From assembly GCA_021613535.1 (NCBI GenBank), contig CP075497.1:9052001-9116000 (forward strand): 64,000 nucleotides of DNA. Reading direction: 5' to 3'. The position numbers were made by a program, and so were the translations under genes. Position 1 is the first letter of the stretch. Each line of letters begins with the position of its first letter. Shown here in pieces: positions 49,931 through 61,649 of this stretch. The notes under the pieces are model-generated. The model made no database searches. It saw nothing but the letters and a program-made list of their open reading frames with translations, and was not told the DNA's origin. The DNA comes from Adineta vaga (lineage: Eukaryota > Animalia > Rotifera).

Positions 49931-52900
49931 TTCAAACAAAAAAGAATAAAGACATGCTCTTCTCTTTGTCAAGTTTTGAAATAAAATTTTAGCCATGAAC
50001 AAAAATATCTATTCAAGATTGCTAATCTTAATGCGATACAACATGAAATATATCTAATTATATTCAAATGAAGTCTGGTCATGGTCTGAGATGGAAAAGA
50101 AAAGTAATTTTTTGCACAGCTAATATCAATGCGTGACAGGAATATATTTCTGTATGTCTAAAGAAGAAAATAATCAAACTTTCTTCTGTTAATTTTAGAA
50201 AGTCATTTCTTTTTTGTAAAAGGTAAAAAACAAAATTTTCATTTCGACAACTGTGATAAATATCATTGAAAACACTTTCCTATCATCATTCTATGATTGA
50301 GCAATGTTGTATGTGTATCATCGATCAATGTAGATATTTCTTTAATGAGGAATACTGTTGGTTTAAGACATAATAAGAAAGAAAAAGAAAACGTATTAGA
50401 CGAGCGAATTAATGACAGAACACATATACAAATTAGATATTGTCGTTTCAAGCAGTCCGTACGTGTTATTAGGAAGATAAATGACATGTAGTTTGTCTTC
50501 CATTGCAGAAAACTCTTGGCAAATCTTGATATAAATTTTTCATTACATTGTCAATTGAAAATGAGCAATTATTCGATTGGTTATTATATTAATGATATAT
50601 ATATTAGTAATAGTATATTTATTCATGTTACTATTATCATTGACATAAATTGCTGAGAATAGTATATGTGTACATGTTTACTTAGTCATAAAATCAACTC
50701 TTTATTGACAATAATCGGTCGTTGACGACATTGCCTACTCTTCAATCTCATCATCATTATTCAGCGTTTTTATTCACTTTCTATCTTTGAATGCACCATC
50801 TGATACTTCCTCTTAATTCTTATCTTCTTCCTCTTCTTTTCATAAAAATGAAAAGTCAACTCTAATTCTTTTGTTGAAAAAAAGGAGAAACGGATTTTTT
50901 TTCTTTTCTTCACTCTCGCTTCTTACTCTTTTCTTATATGGATGTGATTTAGACGCTAAACTTGGCGACTATCTTTCATATCCATAATGCTGTGCGCGAC
51001 AGTGCACATAAGGGTATGCTTTGTACATGACATCAGGCCATTCGGGAGTGAGACGAGAAGGAAAGCGAGCGAACGAGAAACCGACGGGAGCGTTCCAAGA
51101 ATGGGAAATACTGCTCATTTTTTTCTCTTTCTCCTTTTCTTCTTCCTTCGTTAGTTCAGCTTAATGAACACGGCTGTCGTTTCTCACTATAGCTAGCATA
51201 CAAGTGGTCCTCGACAAAAGATAACTTCCTGTGTACTAGCTTATGTGTATATGTGTGAATGAGTGACCGCTTGAGAACGACGAGAGGAAGAACAAGTAGG
51301 AGTAAAAGGAGGAGAGTAAAAGAAAAGATGGAGAAAACGAAGGAGAAGTAGAAGCAGTAGAAGAAAGGATTGGTGCCAGACATTCTTTGCGGTTGGTATT
51401 GTGGCATTTTGGATAGATAGTTGTTGATATGTTGTTCTTTTTTCTGTTGTACATACATGTCATTCCTTTATATCTTGTCTGTTTCGAAGTAGCCCAATAG
51501 AAAGATAGATGTCTTTAGAAAAAAAATCATTGTAAACTAGCCATTATGATACTTTTCTCTCTCTCTCTCTGTCTCCATTTTTTATTCTTACTCTTCTTAT
51601 TTCAATGAATCGTGGTAGTGTAAAAGAGATAAAAAAAAGGAAAGAAGAATAAATAGAGAAAGAGACAGGAGAAGAGAACATATTTCATTGCATGCGATCC
51701 ATTGTACGATTTTGATCGGAATTGATGAATCTTTTCTCAATCTTTCTTATTGTGTATTGATAGAAATCTCTGGAGACTAGCATATACTAAGCACTAAAAG
51801 GCATGTGAACTAACAAATAGTATTATAATCAAATATAGGTATGTAATCTTTTGGAAATAATTTGACTGACAGGAAGACAATCATCAAGAGAAAAACTTGA
51901 TGAGAAACAAATGGGTAATTCTGAAGAAATGTATTTTCTCCACAAGACATATCTATAACATCGAGATTACATACGTTCTTATACATATGTAATGATAGTT
52001 TATTTCAGCAGTTCAGCTCTCAATATGACCTCGAATGCACACGCAGATCGACAGGCACGATTGCATGAGTGTCTCTCAATAGTAATTGAAAGAGAACGGA
52101 GCAGCGAAGTGCTTACAAGAAAAAAAGAAGCATTTACTCTACTGCCTGTTTCATGAGCTGGCGAAGATGTACGACTTGAGCTATATGACGGGCGACTAGT
52201 TTTCGGGGTTGATAACCATCGATGCATGCACTCCCTAGTGTTTAATGATAAGAAAACATAATCATCTTCATTTTCATCATCATCATCATTATCATCATCG
52301 ACATTATCATCATCAACTGCAAGTAGTAGTTGTCGTCTATTTAAGTGTATATTTATGTCTTGTCGCGTGGAATAATGAAATTAGTCAGATAGTCTTCTAT
52401 TTCGTTACTATTGCATGTCTATCACTATCTAAAACTATATATATATATGTTGATATAAGGATAAGATTATTATTTTCTTAGTATCTATAAGATTGACATG
52501 TTTATTATCGAATTTTTAAATAATCTCATAGTTTATTTGGTGTGAATTTGTCTGAAGTCAGCATTAGTGAAAATTGTCTTCGATAAGCAATGTTCATACG
52601 TGCGTATAGAATCTAATCAGTAAAAAAATGTCTGCGTATATGTTTGTGATTCGATCGCGACTGTGCAAGAAACATCTTTTTCATGTTTGCGCTACGTTTT
52701 ATATAACCACCGGGTGTTAAGAATGTTGTGTGTAGATAGATGTTCTTTTTTTCTTCGCTTCGTTCGTTCTCAACGACTTGTTTGAGCCTTTCTCTCTCTC
52801 TCTTTTAAGTAATAATAATGATCATGATGATGGTCGTAATAGGAACAGAAGCATCGTACAGAGAAACACGAAGCTCGTTCCTACAATTATTTTTTGATAA

Positions 52901-53233
52901 TGCAATGTGATAATAAAAGCGAGAGCGAAAGAGAAGGAAATGAAAAGATAGATTTAATACTATTATTCAAGTTCAAATCGCACGTCTATTAATAATATAA
53001 GAGAAGAAAATTTTTCTATAAACATTATTTGATAAACCTAATTGAATAATATTGTATCAAAAAAGAAAGACGAGGTAAGTTGATGACACATTGATAACTC
53101 GATGTTGATTGAAGAGAGATAAAAGATAAATTTCAAGTCTCTTGAGATAATCTTGTTTTTTTTTTATAGATCTAAATAGAGAGACTATGCCCGATGAACA
53201 TCATCAACGGCAAGCAAAAGAAGAACAAACTAG

Positions 53234-55271
53234 ATGGAATTAGTCAGACAACTCGCCGGTCTTTCGGTTTCACATGTAAGACAATTTCGTGATGATGATT
53301 CCTACATTGATCGACTCAGTCATCGATATACTACCACTATCTGTGTTGTATTTGCTATCCTTGTTACAACCAAACAGTATGCGGGTAAGTCATTTATCTA
53401 TGTTTATATAAACAATTGTTCATTTTTGTTATCTTTAATAATTATTTTGTTAGGAGATCCAATTGACTGCTGGGTAAATATTGTTTTCTTAATGATCTAC
53501 ACATTCTCTTTGTTGAATTAATTAGGTACCAGCTCAATTCAAACCTTCCTACGAAGCTTATACAGATAGCTATTGTTGGATTGCTAATACATATTGTAAG
53601 ATAATTTTCTTTTGTTTGATGTCTTTAAATTAATGAATTTGAATTAGATATTCCAATTGAACAAGATTTACCTGATAATGAACCAGGTCGACGAAATAAA
53701 GATATTGTAAATGATTGATTAGATCTATTTTCAATTGTAATATATTCGTCTGTTTAGCTCTACTACCAATGGGTACCATTTATCTTATTATTTCAAGCAT
53801 TTTTATTCTATTTTCCTCGTATTGTTTGGCGTACACTCAATATTAGATCAGGTCTTGATCTAATCAATCTCGTCGATGCAGCAATAGTAAGTAGTGATTA
53901 AATCATTGAATAGTTACGAAAAAAACAACCTATATAAAATTATTATTAGAAATATGAACAAGTTGAACAGTATGAATCACGAGATCGTATTATGAGTTAT
54001 TTGATTGTTAATATTGAACGATATATATCAGCACGTGCCCAACTTACTCGACGGCATATTGAAAAACGTTTTTCATGCCTTCGTCGAGCTTTTCATATGT
54101 GCTTCTTCTGTTCAAATCGTCATCATGGAAATTATCTTGTTATTGTGTATTTTCTTGTCAAATTAATGTGGCTTGTTAATGCATTAGCACAATTATTTTT
54201 ATTAAATGCTTTCCTAGGAAATGATTACTATTTATTTGGTTTTGAAGTCATTGAAAAGCTATTTAAAAATCAACGTTGGACAGAAAATCGACATTTTCCC
54301 AAAGTGACCTATTGGTAAAATGAGTTGAAATTCATTTACAGATGTTTATTCATGTTCTTGTCTTTTCAGTGATTTTAATATTCGAGAAATTGGTATCAAT
54401 CATTTTTATACAGTTCAATGTGTTTTACGAATCAATCTATTTAATGAAGTCATTTTTATTATTCAATGGTTTTGGCTTATATCAATTAGTGCAGGTAGGC
54501 AATTTTTTCTTTTCGATTGATTTTTGAAATTAGAAATCATTTCTCTTTTAGCAACAGTGTACGATTTTCTTCTTTGGTTATATCACTGTACTATTCCAAG
54601 TAAGTTTTTATAGTCTACAAAGTATCACGTCTCATGAGATTTTCTAATGAAAAAACAATAAATGCAAATTCTTTATTTCTTTTGGGAACAAATAAATATT
54701 TCGACATTAAGATGACATCCTATTTTACTGTTAATATATTTGCATAGATTATGCTAAGAAAAATTAATGACAATCAGAACTAGTTCTTTTTTTTTCAGGT
54801 GAAAAAGTTCGCTTTATTCGACGACATCTTGGAATAATGTCATCGTTTCATCCTCAAGAAGAACGACAGTTAGCACGCAATTTTGTTTTACATTATTTAA
54901 AAGATGATGGTGTTTTTGTTACACGTTTATTATCTGTTAATAGTAGTGACCTAGTTGTCACAGAGATTATTAATCAATTATGGATTCGATTTAAAACAGC
55001 AAATCAACTCTATCCAAATTCTCAAAATCAACATCCAACTTTCAATGAAACAAGTATCGATACGGGTATACTAGGAATAAATACAAACTATCAAAATGGT
55101 AATACATTGAATAATAATAATAATAATAATAATCATCGACAACGATTATCTCGCATTCCACCACCTCCCTTACCACCATTTGCACGTCGATTAACTCAGC
55201 AACTATCAACTAATGACAAATCAGAAATTATTTCCGATCCGACAAAATCAGCTAAAGATACTGATGTATAA
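53234..55271 (+). CDS. Innexin (gap junction protein)
   Basis: Multi-exon; DDSYIDRLSHRYT, QYAGDPIDCWVPAQF, YTDSYCWI, YYQWVPF, HFPKVTYCDF.IRE.G, VQCVLRINLFNEVIF..QWFW, LKDDGVF. Confidence 0.97.
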
Positions 55272-56989
55272 AAAAAGAGCAAATAACAACAGTTGCTTTG
55301 TCTGTGATACTCGTATGATATACATATGTATTTATGAATCTCGATCAGGCTCTCAGGAAGCTTTTACATCATTATATCCATATACACATACACACTCACA
55401 TACATATATGCAACTTCCTTTGGTGCCAGTCATAACCAGATGCCCGCAGAAACGACAGGTTGTTTAAGAAGATGAAAGGTGATTCATTTTATGATATAAA
55501 TATTATTTAGTTTTATTTCACGAAAATTTCTTCTTTTTTGATGTATCACTTTATATACTACTTATGACAACCTGGAGACCTTCGTGTGGTCTTTGGTCAT
55601 CACTTGTCTGTTTTTACTGTTTTGTTTTGTTTTCTTGTATGTTTAATCTATAGATGATATGTGCTTTCCCTCTGCCCGAATTCGTCAATAAAAAGAGAAA
55701 AAGAAATGTCAATTTATTCATGATTGAATATATAGATTTAAAATGTCTATGTGTACTTTTAATATATTTGAATAATTTAAATGATGTTTTCCGCTTTGAA
55801 ATAGAAGTTCTAGCAAGCAAGCAAGCTTTTCCTTTGAATAATAATATTGTCATTTGATAGTAATTGGCGGCTGTGTCAATAAAGACAAAGTCGGAATATA
55901 TATATACACATCTTTGAAAGAAAAGTAGAATCAGATAAAAATAATGAGAAACACGCTGATTTTGAGATGAAGATGGAAGATAGAAATAATCATTGAGATA
56001 ATGTCAAGGGTAATTACTAAATGTCAGAACGATGATTATTATACAATCACAGATAATTTCCAAACAAATGATGTAACTTAATCAATTGTTATATATAAAC
56101 GATTTAGAATCAATACAGCTTTTGTTAGAAACTTAACAAAACAGAAGAAAATATTCATCAATATATTGATTACAACGTACTTATAGAGAAATACAGATGC
56201 GACAAAAACCATCAATCATTGTTACACATTAGTGATAATCAAAGATATGCTCGGAAAATAAAATAAAATAAATAATTACCAAATTCATTCTAGTAGCTGA
56301 TATATAGAATATGGAAATTAAATATATCACATTTATTTTCAAATTTGGTTTTAATGAAACTTCATTCAATTTTTGTAAATTGCTGTAGTTAGAAATATAT
56401 GATGCGAAGGGAAGTTAATATGTAAAGCACGACCTTTCCCTTTTTTTTATATTCTCGAGTGTTTGGTTATTTCGATTTGATAGTTTGGTATGTAATTTGA
56501 AAATGAATAAAATGGTTTATTTACTTATACATTTGAAAGAGAGGATATTATGATCTTGTCTTGTCTACAACGAAATAAAAGCGGTTAAATAAAATCCAAC
56601 GAGATAAGAACTGTACATAATAGAGTAAGGGCGTGGGTGTTGGTGTGTGTGAGAGATGAGAATAAATCCATATGAAATAAATAAATCTTGATAAATCCTG
56701 CATAAGAAATAAATCCCAAATAAATAAGCCCTGATAGCCCCTCATTTATAACGGAACTGACTGTTTTTGAGTAATTTCTTTTTTTTTAAGAAAAAACATA
56801 GGAAACTTGGCGATATATAAGACAATACATTGCATTTTTCAAAAATATAAGTAATATAGTATAAATATAGATCGAATCCAATCCAGCTTATAACACTTCA
56901 TCTTTTCTCTTTTCATTGTAAGTTTAAATTCTAAGTGGAAAATTGCAAGAGTATAAACGAAAGTCAAGAAATGTTCTAATATGTTTATG

Positions 56990-58500
56990 TCAATATTCTA
57001 TGAAAATATTGAGTAAGATGAAATATAATGAAACAAAAATCACGGGTAAAGGAACTCCAGGTTGTGCCGATTGATTATAAATCGATGAGAGTTCATCTGT
57101 TAATTCCTGAGCAATTTGAACAACAATTATATGACCAATAGTTATATATATTTTTGTTATTGTTGATGAAGAAGGTGGTAAGATCAATAAAAGCATGAAA
57201 TTAAACACTGTAAAGTCACCAAGACCTAAAAATGCACGATCATATGTTTGATCTGATTCGATATCATCAAAATTCCAACTTTAATAATGGTTAATTGTAG
57301 ATGGTTTACCATCAGCTGAAAGTTCATTTAATATTTGTTTAGTGTGTATCTTATTTCTTGGATGCAAACAAAAATATCTATTAAAAAGAAAATATATATG
57401 TTTAAGAAAACAAAAGATTTATTTCTTTAAAGTATTGTTTATTTTTTTTGATAAACCTGAATTTGGTCAAAAGATAAAATATCAAAAAGTAAATATCGAA
57501 TTGTGTTTCAAAGTTGTTTGCGATATTTTCACTTTCGAGCTTATTCAGATAAATTGCCATGTATTGAATTAAACTTAGACAATATATAAAAAAGAAATCT
57601 ACATTCTTGTTAATCTCATAATTCATCTATGAAACAAAATTTCCTAACAAATTCTATAAAGAACTTTACTTATTTCTAAAAAAATGGAACCAACAAGTTT
57701 TCAATTTATAACTTACGATTTTCGTAAATGTAACGAAACTATAAATCAGAAACATTCAGAATAACAAAATATAGACTCTACAACAATTATCAATCTTCTG
57801 GGATTTCGATCACGAAAAACAATTGTAACCATTTGCAACAATGAGATCTTCATATAGGGCAAAGAAGCGAAGAAATAACACACTTGTACTATAAAGACAG
57901 ATGTAACATAGCTATAAGTTGCATATAGTATATGTACATCGATAACTTTATACATCGGTATACTCATCTTTACACCCACTCTCGAGATAGTTTATAATAC
58001 TTTGTTGATTGCAGTCTAAGATTATTCAAAAAGTTTCTCAAGTTTGAGTTTGAATATCTACAAAGGCAATATTTTATCTGAATATGAGTTCTATTCAGTT
58101 ATAAAGAATATGTTTGTTAGATTTAATCTGAACGAACAGAAACGATTTATATTTACTTACACATCATAAAAAGTAATCAACCATAACAGTAGAAAGTTAA
58201 ATTGTACTGATAAATAACGAAATATAATATCATAAATCAAGAATGTCATTGATGCTGATATTATACAGAACCATCCTCGATAAAAATTCAATGAAATTAA
58301 TGGAAGTTTATTTGATTCCCATTCAGTTATAATAAACATTATTTGCCAAATAACAAAATATACAGTAAACATATCCAATGAACAACAGAAATTAAATGCA
58401 CAACAAAAACGACCGATTAATAAACTATAAATTAATGTATATATTATTGGACGAATTGAATATGTACTTCTTTCTTCATCAAATGAAGTTGTAAATATGA
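56990..58500 (-). CDS. Highly divergent presenilin/SPP-like GxGD intramembrane aspartyl protease (gene model incomplete; may be a pseudogene)
   Basis: Hydrophobic exon ending LLWLITFYD at a donor (~58160), last exon with RAFLGLGDFTVFNFMLL and PAL-like QPGVPLPVIF; intervening exons and start not resolved. Confidence 0.6.
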
Positions 58501-58739
58501 TTAAGAAAAAAAAAATACAATAATTAAGAAGGTGAAATAATCACTTTTCAAGTATTAATAATATTCAAAAGTGAATTATGACGAATCTTCATTAATTGAA
58601 TAATCAACAATGTTGAAAAAGTAAATAAGCATTATCCTTATACATATTTTATTTATTTGATATTGATGTGAATAATTGGAAAAAATGACGTCACGTGTAA
58701 AATATTCAATTTTATCTTTTCTTATATTAATCAATTTTC

Positions 58740-59240
58740 TTATTCTCAAAAAGAATACATGTATTTATACTGAAAGTAAATTTGTTTAAACATGACATAT
58801 GAATAAGAATCTGAATCATATAATTCAATACCATCAATAAAAGTTGAATCAATCCTTATTACTGATAGAAATAATATTGATTCTTCAAGATCTATCATTC
58901 GACAAAGCAATGCAATAATGTATTTTTAAATGATGTGAATGAAAAGTATTTCAATTTGGGAAGTTTTCTCTAAAAATAATTTAGTCTTTCTGTTTGAAAT
59001 AAATTTTTTTTTAAATCTACCGTGTTGTTTATGTTTGATGGCATACTATGAACGTGTCTTACATTGAGAATGAATTTTGATAAGCAATCGAAATTATCAT
59101 CCGAAATATAAAGACAATCATAAAAAGCTGCGACATTTATTTTCAATTCAGTTAAAGATATGTAACTGATTTTTGGTAGTTTATATAAAGAACTTGATGA
59201 ATTTCGATAAGAACACAATCGGCAAAAATACAAATTGATT
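58740..59240 (-). pseudogene. Degraded fragment of a rotifer-type F-box/LRR-like hypothetical protein family
   Basis: Frameshifted pieces LTELKINV..FYDCLYI.D..FDCLS; KLPKLKYFSF; LLCRMIDLEESILFLSVIRIDSTFIDGIELY; ILIHMSCLNKFTFSINT resemble, from recall, an expanded bdelloid family. Confidence 0.45.
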
Positions 59241-59363
59241 AATCGTTTACATAGAGATAAAATTAATCCAACCCTTTTAAATATCGATAAAGAATATCTT
59301 CTTATTGAAATTAATAAGTGTTAAAGAATAAAGATGAGAATAATTGAAAGTACTCACTTCGAT

Positions 59364-59497
59364 CAAAACGGAGTCATTTACAGTGCGTTTTCGGAGCGAA
59401 AACCCTAACAATATGGTATCTTTACGACGGTAAATGAACCGTTTTGTCCTGTAATCATGGGGACAGTTTTGCGGCATCGTAAACGGGCTGTATTCCC
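59364..59497. mobile_element. MITE-like/palindromic repeat remnant
   Basis: GC-richer island with nested inverted repeats CAAAACGG..TCATTTAC / GTAAATGA.CCGTTTTG and GTTTTCG/CGAAAAC. Confidence 0.4.
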
Positions 59498-61649
59498 TTA
59501 TTGAAGATTTCTTTCTTGTGAGAAGGGATTTTTTTCAAGCTTAACTAGAATGGTTAAATGATTGCTCAATGAATCTGCAAACGTTTGTTGCTTGAAATAA
59601 TCAATGTGTCTAAGTTTCTGTATGTTTACTGAAATACTACTTTTGAAAAGATGTTTGGCAAGTTTCTGTCTGATGTCTCATGATCCCAAATGCATCAATT
59701 CGAAGATGGATCTGACAGAATCCTGTAGTATTTCTGGTGACGAGATTAGATTGAATTTCATCGGCTAAATTTCAATTGTTACAAATTCTACGAGCGATCG
59801 TTTTAGCAATACTATATTATGCTCTTCTCTACCTGTCGGATTGATCGAACTAGGCTTGAACGAGTTATAAGAGAATATTAATTATTGTACAACAATGAAT
59901 TGTCTTGAAGTTCTTTTTTCTGACCATGAAAGTTTTATACTTTGTCTTTAAATATGGAAAGAATGAATTCCTTTCATTTTACTTAGTAGTACAATTATCT
60001 TATGATGACAATCTTTTGATTAGATAATGAAATATTTTCATCAATCTTTATTAAGATTATCAAATGAAATTCTTCGTTTTTGTATATTATTTTATTTCGA
60101 AATATAATTTCAAAGAAAATTCTTCATATTAATGGGTTGTGTTTCAGCCGAAAATATTCAATGATTGAAATAAAAATAAATAAGTTTGATTTTTGAATAT
60201 GAATTGAATATATTGAAGATGAAGATATTAATGACAATTTATACAGAATCTAACTCATTCAGTTTTTGATCGAATCAGCTGGGTTTTCCCATGATATCTA
60301 AACGTTTATCAATATATCAACAGTATAATCTATTTCAATACGAAACTATTCTTAGTTACACAGATTCCTTTTAGTAGAAGGATTAGAACGTTGATTGTAA
60401 TCGTTGGTATTTTTGGAAAAGATATTCTGAAATAAAAAGAAGGAACAAGCAATTTTCATTAGATATAAAGAAATGAAAAATCTGCCGTTTATGTTTCGAT
60501 GATATATGATCTTCTTTTTACCCTTTTAAATGAATAATATTAATTTTAAGCGATATTAACAAATGTAATGTTAAAAAATTGGTGGAAATTCACAATGATT
60601 TTCCAACACATTCTGTTTTTCATATTTTATTTCTTCTTACAAAACCTTTTTTTAAATTGAATTCTAACGCAATAATTTTGCATCCTCTATTATCAGCACT
60701 AATTAGTGTTTTGCAGACTATTCTCATGTGATATTTATGATATACGATAGATTATTTTGTTCTTCAATATGAATGCCTTCTATTTGATTGATAACATGTT
60801 GAAGATGTGTCATTCTATTTTGACAATCTTCATTACTCTCATCGATATTGTTGTCTAGCCATATAAGAAGAAAGAAAAAAATTGAACGATATATGACGTA
60901 TGAACTTTCTTTGTGTTTGATATATTAATTCAGAAATAAATTACATATAGAATAAATACATTCATTCCAGTCTGCATGAAAACAAAGAAAAGAGAAAGAA
61001 ATCCAAATAAATGAGTTAGTTTGTTTTTGTTTTCTACGAGTGAATCGTAAATGCTTGTTAGTTTTATTAAGTGTGCATATGTAATGGCATATTACTGACT
61101 GATATAAGCGTAGTTCATTGTTAATTAAAACTATGAATTACATCTTTCAAATAACTTTATTTTTTTCCAACGTACTATCATGATGTAAAAAAGAACTTTT
61201 GTATCTGTAATATATTCTTCTCTCTGAGTTTCAGTTAAAAATGATAACAATACGGAGAGAAATAACGTATCTAAAGTAGAAGTATACCACAAACATTTTC
61301 GTTGCAGCAAGTTAAGAATAACTTGTTCTTTCAAGATAACACTCGAAGAGATATAACAAAAAGAACATGCTCTTTTAATGTACTTATTTGATATCAGTAG
61401 AAATTTTGCCTTCTGACTTGTGTGATATGCTTTTCGAGTACAGATCATCGTGCAAGTATCCATACTGGCGATGCATGTTTCATATCAGAAGATGATGCTT
61501 ACATCATAGAACACGTATTATCTCTTTCAACTATTCAATGTTCATTATATCTGTGAGATAAGACAGGTGAAGTTTAACAAATAAAAGTCAACGTGAAAGT
61601 ATATATCGAAGATTTTATTTAGATAAACACACACACACACTAGAGAACA

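Noticed and set aside
52096-52105. AACGGAGCAG resembling SRP RNA helix 8
   Set aside because: The partner CAGG strand, GNRA loop and Alu domain are absent
54600-54798. Innexin intron with ATGCAAAT/ATTTGCAT stem, H-like box and ACA
   Set aside because: No room for a second hairpin between H and ACA; evidence too weak
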